DNA of 64,000 bases from a virus, in the IMG/VR virus record IMGVR_UViG_3300034691_000040, positions 1-64,000 of that record. One strand, written 5' to 3'. Position numbers and translations under genes: made by a program. Of this stretch, positions 16,709 through 26,767 are shown piece after piece. Every line of letters starts with the position of its first letter. Position 1 is the stretch's first letter. The notes beneath the pieces are model-generated. The model was not told the DNA's origin. It worked only from the letters and a program-made list of their open reading frames with translations, and made no database searches.

Positions 16709-17659
16709 TTATACATCCGGTGTCAAGATAACATCGGTGACATCAAGCACAGCGTTTGTCCAAGGCTGACCACCTGGGGCTGTTGCAAAAACACCGACTG
16801 GGTTGTTGTAGGTGATTACGTTGCTCGCAGCGCCGCTAACGTTTGCGCCCAGTAACTCGTCAGATCCATTTTTAAGCTTTACGGCACATGCGACCGTGTT
16901 AGCAATGGTTGATGCGGCCGCCACAGTCAGCTCAATCGCCGAAGCCGTAATCCCCGCCGGTAGGTCTGGGCGTAGCGACGCAATCAATGGATCTTTACTG
17001 ACACCAGATATACCTTTGGTAGTGTCCAGTAAGTCAAGGCTTCCGATCAGCGGGTTGGTGTTTGACGTTGTCCAACCCGTACCACTGACGGCATCGAACT
17101 GAATTCGTTTAACAACCTGCGCGCCGAGGAAACCACCGGTCCCACCCTGATCATCGTTGATGTAGATATCTCGCCAGTAGAACGCATTGGCCCCACCGCC
17201 TTTACCTTCTAGCCAAACGACACCACTTCGACTTCCAGCCGCACTGACCGAGGATATAGCAACACCGTTAACTCTGCGATCGATGTTACCTGTAGCCAGG
17301 TCCCAGCTAAACTCCAGATAGGCCGTTGTGCCTGGGACCATCGTCGCCAAAATATCTGAGGTGTTAAATACAGCAAGGCCTTGAACATATATGCACGCTA
17401 TCTGCCTAGTCCAAGCAGTTAAGATCAACCTCACCCCAAACCAGAGTTTCCCAACCGGAAGTGCACTATAACTAGCAAGTGGAACACTTAGCCGTTCTTG
17501 AGCAACCGCAGTGGTATTAAGAGCACCTACTCGACCATTCGATACAATCATTAAAGCGTTAGTTCCGGAGGTGTGTACGAGACCATGGTCGGCATTATTA
17601 ATCCATGTAGTAACGGCTTGAGTATAATGATCAAACCCAATCATTGCTCTTATAGACAT
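16709..17659 (-). CDS. Lectin/concanavalin-like putative receptor-binding protein (paralog 2)
   Basis: RAMIGFD start, YLEFSWDL...RRVNGV, WRDIYINDD...FLGAQVVKRI. Confidence 0.6.
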   Translation of the reverse strand: MSIRAMIGFDHYTQAVTTWINNADHGLVHTSGTNALMIVSNGRVGALNTTAVAQERLSVPLASYSALPVGKLWFGVRLILTAWTRQIACIYVQGLAVFNTSDILATMVPGTTAYLEFSWDLATGNIDRRVNGVAISSVSAAGSRSGVVWLEGKGGGANAFYWRDIYINDDQGGTGGFLGAQVVKRIQFDAVSGTGWTTSNTNPLIGSLDLLDTTKGISGVSKDPLIASLRPDLPAGITASAIELTVAAASTIANTVACAVKLKNGSDELLGANVSGAASNVITYNNPVGVFATAPGGQPWTNAVLDVTDVILTPDV

Positions 17660-17678
17660 GCTTTTTTAACTCCGTTAA

Positions 17679-18740
17679 TTAGACAGCCGTATCTGGCGTT
17701 AATTTGAAGGACACTGCTGCAATTTTAGCCGTGTTCCAATTGCCGCCATCTAGAGCTTTTGAATAGACGCCTAATGGTAAACCATATTTCAAACCACCAG
17801 CCGGGGTCAGTGCTGCAATTGCCGGTAGGTTAACGCCGCTAGCGCTAATCTCTACTTTTGTAGGACTGACTGAAATGGTGGTACTGGCACCTGCCATACT
17901 GAAAGCCACACCTAACACGCGCGCACCTGTTATTGCCGAACCGCTTAGTCCAACCGTCAATGGCGTTTTATCGGTCGGTGAATTAATCGTTACGGCACTT
18001 GGCTGAACCAGGTTCATGGTATCGGTTAATGACGCAGATCCAGAACTTGGCGCCCAGCCGGCACCCGCAGCACTAGCCACACTCAACGGTACGATACGGG
18101 CTTGACCGATCGAGCCAGTGATACCATCTCCGGCTATATCGTCGATTACGTGCACATCACGGATAGCGAAACGCGTTGTGCCGTTAGTGCCGATACCGCT
18201 CAGTACAAAGTTCAGCACCAACTTACCGGCATCCCAGGCTGTAGCACCAGCCGCTGACAGAGTGAACGTGCGAGTAGCGGCCTGCGCGACACCATTGACA
18301 GTATAACTGGTAAGGCCTGTCGTGCGGGTATACGTGACCTCAACAAACAGTTCAGCACCTACCGCCTGAGTCGCTAACCAAACGGCCGATGTGGTGAATA
18401 GATAATCAACACCTACGTTTGGAGCACCTTCTTGAGCAAAACTCAACACTTGGTAGTTACCGGCGATCGCCGATAGTACTTTTAGCTTGAAGCAGATCGT
18501 GATGCGCGCGGCGGAGGCAGGTACGAACCCATTAAGAAACATGGGTACATTACTGATTATACCTGAGGTTGACGCCATGCCAGAGATGTAACCATTCTGG
18601 TCGATGCACGCCTTCGTTGGGTTTTGACCAAGACCAGCACCCGGAATGCCTGAACTGGTCCACCAATCGGCGAATGTTGTATTCACTACCGGATTGGTTA
18701 CCTTCAACGCACTGTCGGTGCCAAAGATTGCACGAAGCAT
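17679..18740 (-). CDS. Lectin/concanavalin-like putative receptor-binding protein (paralog 3)
   Basis: RAIFGTD start, FVEVTY...YTVNGV, IRDVHVIDD...SIGQARIVPL. Confidence 0.6.
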   Translation of the reverse strand: MLRAIFGTDSALKVTNPVVNTTFADWWTSSGIPGAGLGQNPTKACIDQNGYISGMASTSGIISNVPMFLNGFVPASAARITICFKLKVLSAIAGNYQVLSFAQEGAPNVGVDYLFTTSAVWLATQAVGAELFVEVTYTRTTGLTSYTVNGVAQAATRTFTLSAAGATAWDAGKLVLNFVLSGIGTNGTTRFAIRDVHVIDDIAGDGITGSIGQARIVPLSVASAAGAGWAPSSGSASLTDTMNLVQPSAVTINSPTDKTPLTVGLSGSAITGARVLGVAFSMAGASTTISVSPTKVEISASGVNLPAIAALTPAGGLKYGLPLGVYSKALDGGNWNTAKIAAVSFKLTPDTAV

Positions 18741-18745
18741 GTTTG

Positions 18746-19150
18746 CTACTCCTCTACGGCAACTGGTACTGGCTCATCCAGCGGTGGCTCCTCAGTGCTC
18801 ACCACAGGCGCTTTAGCGGCGGGTTCGTGCCAGCACATGTAGATAGTACCAGCGGGAGCTGTGGACACCTCTGGGAACTTCAGACCGAGAGCGTATTTGA
18901 AGAAGCTGAAGGTGGGTAACGAGACCTTGTTCAGATCGTTAAACACCACTTCTACGCCATTGAGGGAGTATTCTGTTCCATACTCCTCCATGTTCCACTT
19001 ATCCTTATCCGCCTGATCAGCGCCTTCTGAAAGTACCGCCGCAATCAAACGTTGATTGCTCTCATCGAGCAGACCCAGTGGGACAGCTGCCAGTTCATTA
19101 CCGTGCAGGGTGAAGTCCTGACGGATCAGGTAATTGGGCCAATTTGACAT
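18746..19150 (-). CDS. Hypothetical protein (possible fibre assembly factor)
   Basis: 134-aa acidic ORF embedded in the fibre array; function inferred from position only. Confidence 0.55.
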   Translation of the reverse strand: MSNWPNYLIRQDFTLHGNELAAVPLGLLDESNQRLIAAVLSEGADQADKDKWNMEEYGTEYSLNGVEVVFNDLNKVSLPTFSFFKYALGLKFPEVSTAPAGTIYMCWHEPAAKAPVVSTEEPPLDEPVPVAVEE

Positions 19151-19168
19151 GTTGAAAATCCTCTGGCG

Positions 19169-19663
19169 TTAGAAGCCGATTAACTGATTGCTGTTAAACG
19201 CCGTGGTGATGTCCGGCGCAGCTGGGAACTTCAAACTGGCAGTACCGAGCCAACCAAGACTTGTTGAGGTGGCTTCAAGCACTGCGACCACCTTTCCGTT
19301 AACGGTAGCGGACGCATGCTCAACTAAACTTGCAGCCGTAATCGGGACGTTAATGTACCCTATTACTAGAGGGAGCCATTGGGCGACTGCCAAGTTCTCT
19401 GTGATGCTGCAGCTAGTCAGGTCAAAGTTCTCCAATCCGCTAAGATTCAGACGGTCGTAAAACACTGTCGTGAACCCGATTGCGATGGTTGAAGAATCCG
19501 CTACTTTAAAATCAACCGCGGTGTTTTTACCGTACGTGGTTAACTCTGCAGCTGTTGGTGTTCTTGGCGAAGCGAACGATAGCTCTGTGGTTGAGAACGA
19601 GACACCGCCGGCAACGTTTACCATAGCCGTCAGGTCTGCCGCACTTGTTACGAAAATGCTCAT
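19169..19663 (-). CDS. Tail-fibre family paralog (short class)
   Basis: VFYDRLNL core, SLGWLG, PDITTAFNSNQLIGF end. Confidence 0.75.
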   Translation of the reverse strand: MSIFVTSAADLTAMVNVAGGVSFSTTELSFASPRTPTAAELTTYGKNTAVDFKVADSSTIAIGFTTVFYDRLNLSGLENFDLTSCSITENLAVAQWLPLVIGYINVPITAASLVEHASATVNGKVVAVLEATSTSLGWLGTASLKFPAAPDITTAFNSNQLIGF

Positions 19664-19671
19664 AGCTGACC

Positions 19672-20583
19672 CTACGCGTTATAGTGAATGATGATCTTGC
19701 CAGCAAACCAGCTATTTGCCCCACTCTGAATTACGATGCACCGAGTGTACTTAGCCGAGTTACCTTCAGGAATTGCGACGTTAGGCAAGGTATACTTGTA
19801 CCAGATCACTCCGGTAATGCCACCGGATTCCGTAACCGTTCCTGTGTTCCAGTCGGTCCGCGACGTGTTGGCCAGCAAAAAGTTTACAACCTGCGTTACC
19901 GTGGAATCTGTGGATGACGGCGCGCTGCTGGAAGCAAGAGCCTCAAGAAGAGTTTTAAGACTGCTTGCATCTTGACAGTAGACCAGGAACTCACCTTGCG
20001 GTTTTCGCCCAGCCGTGGTGAAGTCGTTGCCGCCCGGATAGAGCCTGCCAACTAGCGCCCGGTTTGCGTCAGTAATGATGGAGGTGATTAGACGCTTACC
20101 ACTCACCCAATTGAGGACGAAACTACCTTTGTAACATAACGAGGTAGCTTTTATTGCAATGGTAGTGTTGCCGCCATTGATCGCCCCAGTGTTAGTGAAA
20201 TCAGCATCTACGATATTGATACCGTATTGGGATCTGAAACTACCTTTCCAAACAGCCTCCGCCAGCGTCGTCCCTGCGGAATAATCAGTAAGCTTAATAA
20301 CCATGGATTTGAATATGGTCGTCATGTCGATGCGGCGATACCGAATAGTCTGGTTACCTATCTTACCAGCGCCTGGCGCTGAGGAGACTGTAACCGTAGT
20401 ATCGGTATTATAAGCATCACCCGCTACCACGCTAACCGAAGTCGGCGCACTAAACTGAATAGTGCCTTTTGGAAACTGTGCTGTGAATCCAGGGTTACTG
20501 TATTCGATCAGCTTATAGAGCAGGTCGGTGCTCGATAATTTGTAATCTGTTGGTACCGGCAGACCTATGTTAGACATGCCCAT
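19672..20583 (-). CDS. Tail-fibre family paralog (long class)
   Basis: IRYRRIDM core; C-terminal domain ending GKIIIHYN. Confidence 0.75.
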   Translation of the reverse strand: MGMSNIGLPVPTDYKLSSTDLLYKLIEYSNPGFTAQFPKGTIQFSAPTSVSVVAGDAYNTDTTVTVSSAPGAGKIGNQTIRYRRIDMTTIFKSMVIKLTDYSAGTTLAEAVWKGSFRSQYGINIVDADFTNTGAINGGNTTIAIKATSLCYKGSFVLNWVSGKRLITSIITDANRALVGRLYPGGNDFTTAGRKPQGEFLVYCQDASSLKTLLEALASSSAPSSTDSTVTQVVNFLLANTSRTDWNTGTVTESGGITGVIWYKYTLPNVAIPEGNSAKYTRCIVIQSGANSWFAGKIIIHYNA

Positions 20584-20597
20584 CTCCTGAAGTAATC

Positions 20598-20626
20598 GAT
20601 GAGCGCCGCTTGGCGCTCATCTATGC
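20598..20626. terminator. Hairpin (TATG family) inside the fibre array
   Basis: GATGAGCGCC-GCTT-GGCGCTCATC-TATGC. Confidence 0.65.
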
Positions 20627-20631
20627 CCTAG

Positions 20632-21510
20632 TTATACCGCGTCAGGATTGAACGGGTCATTATAGTGCAGGTACAACAGACCAGCCGGAGTGGTGACGGT
20701 TGCATCAAGCTGCAACACGAGCACGTACTTGTACGCTGGGTTGGTTGGCAACGATGTCGAGTTCAGACCGTTGCTTACAACGGTTGCGCCAAACACGTTC
20801 CAGGTGGTAACGCCGGAAGTGTTCGCCCAAAGAGCTTTACCCGACCCGACGTCAACCGCTTTGAATGCCGTAACGAGGGCATCCGCTTTTGCCGATACCA
20901 GCACGCCGGTGGCGAGGGTTGCGATATCGGAGAAGTACGAAGTGAAGTCGTAAGGGTACATGTACAGAGGACCGTACACATCGGTATCGCTGGCGGTTGG
21001 GTAGTTCAGACCATTCAGCGAAGTAACCGTGATCACCTGATCGATTGCAGCACCACCGACTTTCACGATCAGATCGGTTTGCCCAACCCAACCCAAGCTA
21101 CCTGCCTTGGCTTTCAGTGTGGCAGTCAGGGTATTATCGCCATTGTCCACCAATGCGAGATCTTCCAGATCGTCATTGCCGAACATGATACCGGTCCAGT
21201 TGAGTAACGCCGGATACAGGCCATGTACGGTGGTGACACCGTATGCCGAACATTGGAAGCCGGGCATGTTAGTCGCCGACAAGGCGCTCAGACTCAAACG
21301 ATCGTAGGTCAGTGTCTGAGTGCCCTGATACAGACCACCCTGCACTGCGGTGAGTTTAATTGCGGTGTTGTGCGTAGTGACCTGACCGTGCCAAGTACCG
21401 GACACTGGCTGTGGTGTTCCGTAAAGGAAATCGCCTGCAACGTATGCCGTGGAGTTTGCTGCGTTCAAAGCCGCCAGGAATTCACTGAGCGGCTGATTCA
21501 TATACGACAT
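20632..21510 (-). CDS. Tail-fibre family paralog (long class)
   Basis: LTYDRLSL core; TSLNGLNYP linker; GLLYLHYN end. Confidence 0.75.
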   Translation of the reverse strand: MSYMNQPLSEFLAALNAANSTAYVAGDFLYGTPQPVSGTWHGQVTTHNTAIKLTAVQGGLYQGTQTLTYDRLSLSALSATNMPGFQCSAYGVTTVHGLYPALLNWTGIMFGNDDLEDLALVDNGDNTLTATLKAKAGSLGWVGQTDLIVKVGGAAIDQVITVTSLNGLNYPTASDTDVYGPLYMYPYDFTSYFSDIATLATGVLVSAKADALVTAFKAVDVGSGKALWANTSGVTTWNVFGATVVSNGLNSTSLPTNPAYKYVLVLQLDATVTTPAGLLYLHYNDPFNPDAV

Positions 21511-21521
21511 TGGGTCTACCC

Positions 21522-22442
21522 TCAGACGTTAAAGTGAATGTAGTTGCGGCCGTTACCATAGGTTGCCACAAGAGCCTCTGGAGTATCCCAGGTCAGCAGA
21601 CGGTTGTAGTACTTGGAGTTAGCCTCTGGGTACTTGGTCGACGGCAGAGTGATGATTTCAACCCCAGCGAACATTGCAGTCACCCACGCAGACTGGGTAG
21701 GGAACGCAGTACCGAATGCGGCGTTACACTGGTTGAACACTGCGTTCAGGAATGTGGTGGTAGCCACGTTTTGAACCATCAGGTTCGGGTAACCCGAGTA
21801 AGGAGTGGTGCTCAGCAAGGCTGACCAATCAGTCGAATACATCAGGTTGTTCATGACAGGACGGCGACCTTCGGTGGTGAAGTCGTTGCCGCCTGGGAAC
21901 AGGCGCGCATTGAGATCAGTCACGGTGATCATGGAAGCCAGATCCTGAGGTGCACTTTTCCATTTCAGCTGAACTGTGCCGATATAGCCAAGGCTGGTAA
22001 CCTTAGTTTGCACGGTAACTGTAGACGTATAGAAACCATCTTCCAGAGTGTTGCCTCGGGTGATGTTGACATTAGCAACATCATTTTCTGTCAGGTTCAG
22101 ACCGTACTGCGCGTTGATGATCGGCAGTAGTTGGTACAGTGTAAACACGACAGTATAGGAGGCTGTCTGAGTAGCGGAGTAGCGGTTGATCTGAAGCACC
22201 TGGCCACGGAACAGTACCGCCAAGTCAAGGCGGCGGTAGTTCAGTGACTTACGCCCAATGTAATCACCACCGATCGAAACGCAGTTGATCGATGTGTTCA
22301 TTGCAGCGTTGCCAGAGACCGTCGCTGCCTTCACATCGGACAGTGCCATGTTCAGTGGCGTGAGCGGTACCGGCAGCAGCGGGTTGGCCTGATTGATGAG
22401 GTCGTAAACCAGCTCGCTCGATGGCTTGTTATATAAAGGCAT
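21522..22442 (-). CDS. Tail-fibre family paralog (long class)
   Basis: LNYRRLDL core; GRNYIHFN end. Confidence 0.75.
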   Translation of the reverse strand: MPLYNKPSSELVYDLINQANPLLPVPLTPLNMALSDVKAATVSGNAAMNTSINCVSIGGDYIGRKSLNYRRLDLAVLFRGQVLQINRYSATQTASYTVVFTLYQLLPIINAQYGLNLTENDVANVNITRGNTLEDGFYTSTVTVQTKVTSLGYIGTVQLKWKSAPQDLASMITVTDLNARLFPGGNDFTTEGRRPVMNNLMYSTDWSALLSTTPYSGYPNLMVQNVATTTFLNAVFNQCNAAFGTAFPTQSAWVTAMFAGVEIITLPSTKYPEANSKYYNRLLTWDTPEALVATYGNGRNYIHFNV

Positions 22443-22447
22443 CTTGA

Positions 22448-23245
22448 TTAAACCTCGTCAAGCAAATTGTAGTGAAAATACAGAGGCCCGAAAATGTAGG
22501 CGCTGTTAACTACCGGTTGAATGGTGACCCGATCAAACGCTGGGTTGCTATCAGGAACATCAGCAGTAGCGGAATCAATCAGCTGCCCTTTGGCCCATGA
22601 TGGGATCTGCAAATAAATGCAAGCCGATTGAAAAGTTGCCCAATCGGTATACGACAGTGTCAACGGATTGATCTTTAACGAATCACGAAGACTGGTAAAG
22701 TCAATGCCCCAAGTTGCCATCCGTCCCGACTGCTTATTAAACGCAGGGTCGTTAGGGTGGTTAAACAACTTGAGCAAACGAATGCCGATCACTGACTCAA
22801 GCAGGGTTCTGCCGTACATGAGCTGAATCTGAACCTGCCCCACAAACCCAAAGCTTTCAGCCTTAGGAATAAGCGTCAATGATGCTGTCTCATTGAGAGC
22901 CAATGTGGGCGGTGTAAACGGTTCAAGGTCATCGATCGTAATGAACAGACCCAGCTGAGTATTCACCATGTCGATCACCATTTGTGTGGTGAACGGTACG
23001 ATGTTTCTTAACTGAAGACCTGCCAGTGCGTCGGTGAGGCTAATCCGCTTATACAGAAGCGTCTGACTACCCGTATACACACGACCAAGCACACCCTCGA
23101 TGGTAACCTGAGTGTTGTGCTTTTCATTACCTTCAAGGACCTGAGGGACCTGTGGGGTAATGTTGATCAGTGTGAGTGGACGTTTAGGAGAGTTCTTCTC
23201 GTTGGCCTCATTAAGAAGCCTTGTAATACTGTTGTCCATCAGCAA
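22448..23245 (-). CDS. Tail-fibre family paralog (long class)
   Basis: LLYKRISL core; GPLYFHYN end. Confidence 0.75.
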   Translation of the reverse strand: MLMDNSITRLLNEANEKNSPKRPLTLINITPQVPQVLEGNEKHNTQVTIEGVLGRVYTGSQTLLYKRISLTDALAGLQLRNIVPFTTQMVIDMVNTQLGLFITIDDLEPFTPPTLALNETASLTLIPKAESFGFVGQVQIQLMYGRTLLESVIGIRLLKLFNHPNDPAFNKQSGRMATWGIDFTSLRDSLKINPLTLSYTDWATFQSACIYLQIPSWAKGQLIDSATADVPDSNPAFDRVTIQPVVNSAYIFGPLYFHYNLLDEV

Positions 23246-23251
23246 GGCTCC

Positions 23252-24082
23252 TTAATCGACAGCAGGCGGGTTATAGTGCAGGTACAACGACCCACTCAAG
23301 CCTACCGAGTTGGTTTCATTGAGTTGAACAATGATCACTTTCTCGTAATCGGTGTTGACATCAGTTCGGCCAGTGGTGACCCCGGCGTAAGTAACCGTTG
23401 CCCCCATTACGCTATAGCGCCCGGCTGCTGTTGACGACCACACGTTTTTAGTGATCGCTGTCAGCACATCACGCACCACGTCGATCTGATCGACGCCAAC
23501 CAGCACGGTTTCCAACGCCACTGCGGAGGCGGAGAAATTCTGCCAGTAAGAGTAGGCGGCGGCGTATGGTTTATCGATCGAAGGCGCTGGGTAGTTCAAG
23601 CCAGGCAGTGACGTTACCGTTAGGAACGCCTCCAGCGGCCGCTGGCCTTGCGCAACGGTGATATCCACACTACCAATCCAATAACGACTGGTCGTCTTCG
23701 CTGTAAGCGTTATAGTGCCCACGCCGTCAACTAAGCCGGTTGGACCGTCAGTGAAGTCATCGGCCGTGAAGTTCAATCCGTAAAGCTTATTCAGGCGATT
23801 GGCGACATCCAGGATCGTGGTGAGGTTGTAGCCTTTGATGGACGTATCGATCAACGTACCCAAGTCGGCCAGATCAAGACGCTTATACAGGATCGGCACA
23901 GAACCATCGTAGGTACTTTGGACGTCCTTGGCGGTGATCGTCATGCTGGTGTTTTCACCAGACGCCCCTGTCGGAATAACTACAGGATCAGCGTACAAGT
24001 ATTCTGCTTCAACCAGAGTCACATTGTTCTGTGTCTTGATTGCCTTGAGTATTGCCTCAAGTGGCATTTCGTACAAAGCCAT
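23252..24082 (-). CDS. Tail-fibre family paralog (long class)
   Basis: ILYKRLDL core; TSLPGLNYP linker; GSLYLHYN end. Confidence 0.75.
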   Translation of the reverse strand: MALYEMPLEAILKAIKTQNNVTLVEAEYLYADPVVIPTGASGENTSMTITAKDVQSTYDGSVPILYKRLDLADLGTLIDTSIKGYNLTTILDVANRLNKLYGLNFTADDFTDGPTGLVDGVGTITLTAKTTSRYWIGSVDITVAQGQRPLEAFLTVTSLPGLNYPAPSIDKPYAAAYSYWQNFSASAVALETVLVGVDQIDVVRDVLTAITKNVWSSTAAGRYSVMGATVTYAGVTTGRTDVNTDYEKVIIVQLNETNSVGLSGSLYLHYNPPAVD

Positions 24083-24093
24083 AAATGAAGCCT

Positions 24094-24900
24094 CTACGCC
24101 CGGTTGAAGTGGAAGTACGCGTCGCCGTTGAACTCAGGCGTTACGACGTTCTTTTGAATGATGACGTGACTGAAATCCGTGTTAGCGCCAGGGACGTCTT
24201 TAGTTGCGTAAAGCGTGACGCCAATCCCAAACCCGAAAACGTTGACGGGGAAATTAGGAAACCCGTTCTGAGCCATTATTGCCTTGACTTCTTGAGGGAA
24301 CCACCAGCCCTCACGATAGATCTTCAGCTTTACTTGGTCTTCGGTGAAGTCAAACCCCCACGTCGCCATGGACATGGATTTCTTGTTACTGACGATCGGA
24401 TCGGGGAATGCCAATACGGGCAGGGTCCGACTTACTACGGCTGAAGTAATGTCCGGCCGCAGACGAATAAATTGAACAACCATCCGTCCTTCGTATGCCA
24501 GGGAATATGGCTGAATAACGAATTGCAGGTTAGCCTGCTCGTTACCGCCCAGCCAAACAATAGACTGGTCAACGATGTCATTGGGTTCTAACGACAGACC
24601 TGTCGCCTTATTGATAACTGGCAACAGTCTAGTTAAACTGGTTTGGCCAATAGCCTCAACCACAGGCCGGATCTCTTTGAAGATAATCGAGAGATTCAGG
24701 CGCTTATAGTTAAGTACTGCGTATCCTTCGTAGTCCTCATTGTTAAACTGAGTGACTACAGGGAGTCGCGTAACTCCCCCCGCTACCGATTTAGGAAGAC
24801 CGTAATACAGATCGCCAGGCTCCAATGGCACGGGTAAAGCGTTGTTCGCATTGATAAGATTCATCAATGCTTGTTCAGATGTTCCTTGTAGAAGGAGCAT
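24094..24900 (-). CDS. Tail-fibre family paralog (long class)
   Basis: LNYKRLNL core; GDAYFHFN end; start moved to MLLLQG (AGGAG RBS). Confidence 0.75.
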   Translation of the reverse strand: MLLLQGTSEQALMNLINANNALPVPLEPGDLYYGLPKSVAGGVTRLPVVTQFNNEDYEGYAVLNYKRLNLSIIFKEIRPVVEAIGQTSLTRLLPVINKATGLSLEPNDIVDQSIVWLGGNEQANLQFVIQPYSLAYEGRMVVQFIRLRPDITSAVVSRTLPVLAFPDPIVSNKKSMSMATWGFDFTEDQVKLKIYREGWWFPQEVKAIMAQNGFPNFPVNVFGFGIGVTLYATKDVPGANTDFSHVIIQKNVVTPEFNGDAYFHFNRA

Positions 24901-24936
24901 GACGTATCTCCTGACTAAATCATAACCGACATAGGT

Positions 24937-24978
24937 GTGTAGACGAGGATGAGGTAAACACCCCATCCTCGTCTACAC
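24937..24978. terminator. Long hairpin inside the fibre array
   Basis: 15-bp stem GTGTAGACGAGGATG / CATCCTCGTCTACAC. Confidence 0.7.
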
Positions 24979-24997
24979 GGGGTAACTACTGATGCAC

Positions 24998-25546
24998 TTA
25001 CGGCGTGGTAGGCGGAGCGGCGTAAGTCAGGCCGTCCATTTCTGCGTCAGGGATCGCAGTGGCCAGATCGACGTCGTCAGCTTTCAGCGTCAGCGTGATG
25101 CTGCCGGTGTAGATCAGGGAGTCAGCCTTGACAACGACCTGTACAGGGTGGGTTTCGTTTACCGCACCGGTGAAGGTCGGCAGATCGCCGTCAGTGAAGT
25201 CATCGCCAGTCAGGGCAATGTTCAGGCGGGCATTCAGCTCTGGAATCAGGTCAGCGATCTTGGTGGCATCACCGATGCTGAACACCAGGTCGCGGCCGGT
25301 AGCCGACGCAATGAATGCAGCACCGATGTCAGTACCGAGGTGCATGCGGTTGTATCGGATGATGCGGGTGTTTTTGTAACCCGAACCTGCAACTGCAACG
25401 AGGGAAAGGCTGGTGTTTTTGCCACTAGGCTCAACTTCTGGCAGACCTGCCCATGCGAAGGTTGCCAGGGTGAAACCTGCGCCAGACTTGGCATTGACCA
25501 TATCCAGAATAATCTGTTTTGGCGCTTTGGTTAAATCGTTAGCCAT
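24998..25546 (-). CDS. Tail-fibre/decoration family paralog (short class)
   Basis: IRYNRMHL core; DLATAIPDAEMDGLTY end; strongly biased codon use. Confidence 0.75.
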   Translation of the reverse strand: MANDLTKAPKQIILDMVNAKSGAGFTLATFAWAGLPEVEPSGKNTSLSLVAVAGSGYKNTRIIRYNRMHLGTDIGAAFIASATGRDLVFSIGDATKIADLIPELNARLNIALTGDDFTDGDLPTFTGAVNETHPVQVVVKADSLIYTGSITLTLKADDVDLATAIPDAEMDGLTYAAPPTTP

Positions 25547-25625
25547 GAAAAGAACTCCAAGGGTGTAGTGGGACTATGGTCGAATACTGACACATAGAAT
25601 TGAAGACTATTTGTGCGATTGCCGC

Positions 25626-26159
25626 CTACACCGGAGGGGGTGCGTACGTCAAACCATCCATCTGCACATCCGGAATAGCAAAATAAAGATCGTTGCTATC
25701 ACGGATCAATTTTACAAGCAATGTGTCCTTATAGACCAACGATGCAGGTAACACTTGAATCAAGACATCCACCCCACCTTCATCATCCTGGATCTCGGGG
25801 AGGTTAAAGTCAATGATGCGGTCGGCAGTCAACTTTATCTGTAACCGCTCATTTAACTCTGGGAGCAGGTCGCTGATGAATTGCTTGCCGAACGGATCAA
25901 ACGTTAAATCGGTAACCCCGGCTTCTACAAACTTATTCAGGGGTACCCGGTTGTAGTAAAACGTTTGGCTACCGCGGTACTGATAGCCGGGTCTTGCAGT
26001 TGCTACGATCATGGTGTTACGGTTAATGTCCACAGTCGGCGTAAAGACCTGAGGGTTACCGAAACTTACCATTAAAGGATATAAACTTTTATTGCTGTTG
26101 TCGCGGCGGATCAGATCGATCAATACATCAATCTCATCGCGAGTATAATCAGTAGCCAT
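25626..26159 (-). CDS. Tail-fibre family paralog (short class)
   Basis: FYYNRVPL core; FAIPDVQMDGLTY end. Confidence 0.75.
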   Translation of the reverse strand: MATDYTRDEIDVLIDLIRRDNSNKSLYPLMVSFGNPQVFTPTVDINRNTMIVATARPGYQYRGSQTFYYNRVPLNKFVEAGVTDLTFDPFGKQFISDLLPELNERLQIKLTADRIIDFNLPEIQDDEGGVDVLIQVLPASLVYKDTLLVKLIRDSNDLYFAIPDVQMDGLTYAPPPV

Positions 26160-26184
26160 GACTTACGATCTCGTGAGGTGGGGA

Positions 26185-26673
26185 TCAATCCAATCCGTTA
26201 AGGACATTATTAGGGAACGCTACTGACAACTCCTCTATCGTTATTTCAGCGATAGATACAACCAGCTCACCCGTCCAAATTAAAGAATTACCAACCACCT
26301 TAATGGTAAAGAGGTCATCCTTAAATGTAAGTGATTCTATTTCACTGGCATGGATCACAAAGTTGTATTTGTTCTTCAGGGCAATCAGCAGACCAGCGCC
26401 GTTCCACGACTCCACCTGAACGCTAGGTAGCGTAATGCCGATATCTGCAAACGCTTGTTGCATATCCAAGCGGGTGTAATAGTAGACGTAACTGCCTTCA
26501 ACAAACTGAGTGTCGGCTGTGACGCCAACCATGGTGTTAGTGCCGCCTTCAAAATCCCCAGCCGTAGGGTCAGTGAACGTTAAGTCTTTTGCAGTCAACG
26601 TTACATTGAATTCGTCCAGGTAGCTCTGGTTTGTCGACACGATTAAATCGGTCAACATTTGCTTGTTGGTCAT
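26185..26673 (-). CDS. Tail-fibre family paralog (short class)
   Basis: YYYTRLDM core; AFPNNVLNGLD end; start moved to MTNKQML because the longer ORF overlaps the divergent promoter. Confidence 0.7.
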   Translation of the reverse strand: MTNKQMLTDLIVSTNQSYLDEFNVTLTAKDLTFTDPTAGDFEGGTNTMVGVTADTQFVEGSYVYYYTRLDMQQAFADIGITLPSVQVESWNGAGLLIALKNKYNFVIHASEIESLTFKDDLFTIKVVGNSLIWTGELVVSIAEITIEELSVAFPNNVLNGLD

Positions 26674-26720
26674 CGGGTTGTACCTGGGGAAGTTATCGAG
26701 TACATAAAAGAGCAGCATAC

Positions 26721-26747
26721 TTAACTTTTTTACAGTCACACATCACG
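26721..26747 (+). promoter_or_regulatory. Putative early promoter (27-nt motif)
   Basis: TTAACTTTTTTACAGTCACACATCACG, 26/27 identical to 9854-9880. Confidence 0.75.
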
Positions 26748-26767
26748 TACTTGAACAAACTCACCTT

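Noticed and set aside
12578-26739. Diversity-generating retroelement or invertible shufflon acting on the fibre array
   Set aside because: No reverse transcriptase or recombinase in the window, no TR/VR pair differing at adenines, no long inverted repeats; only a 20-nt direct repeat.
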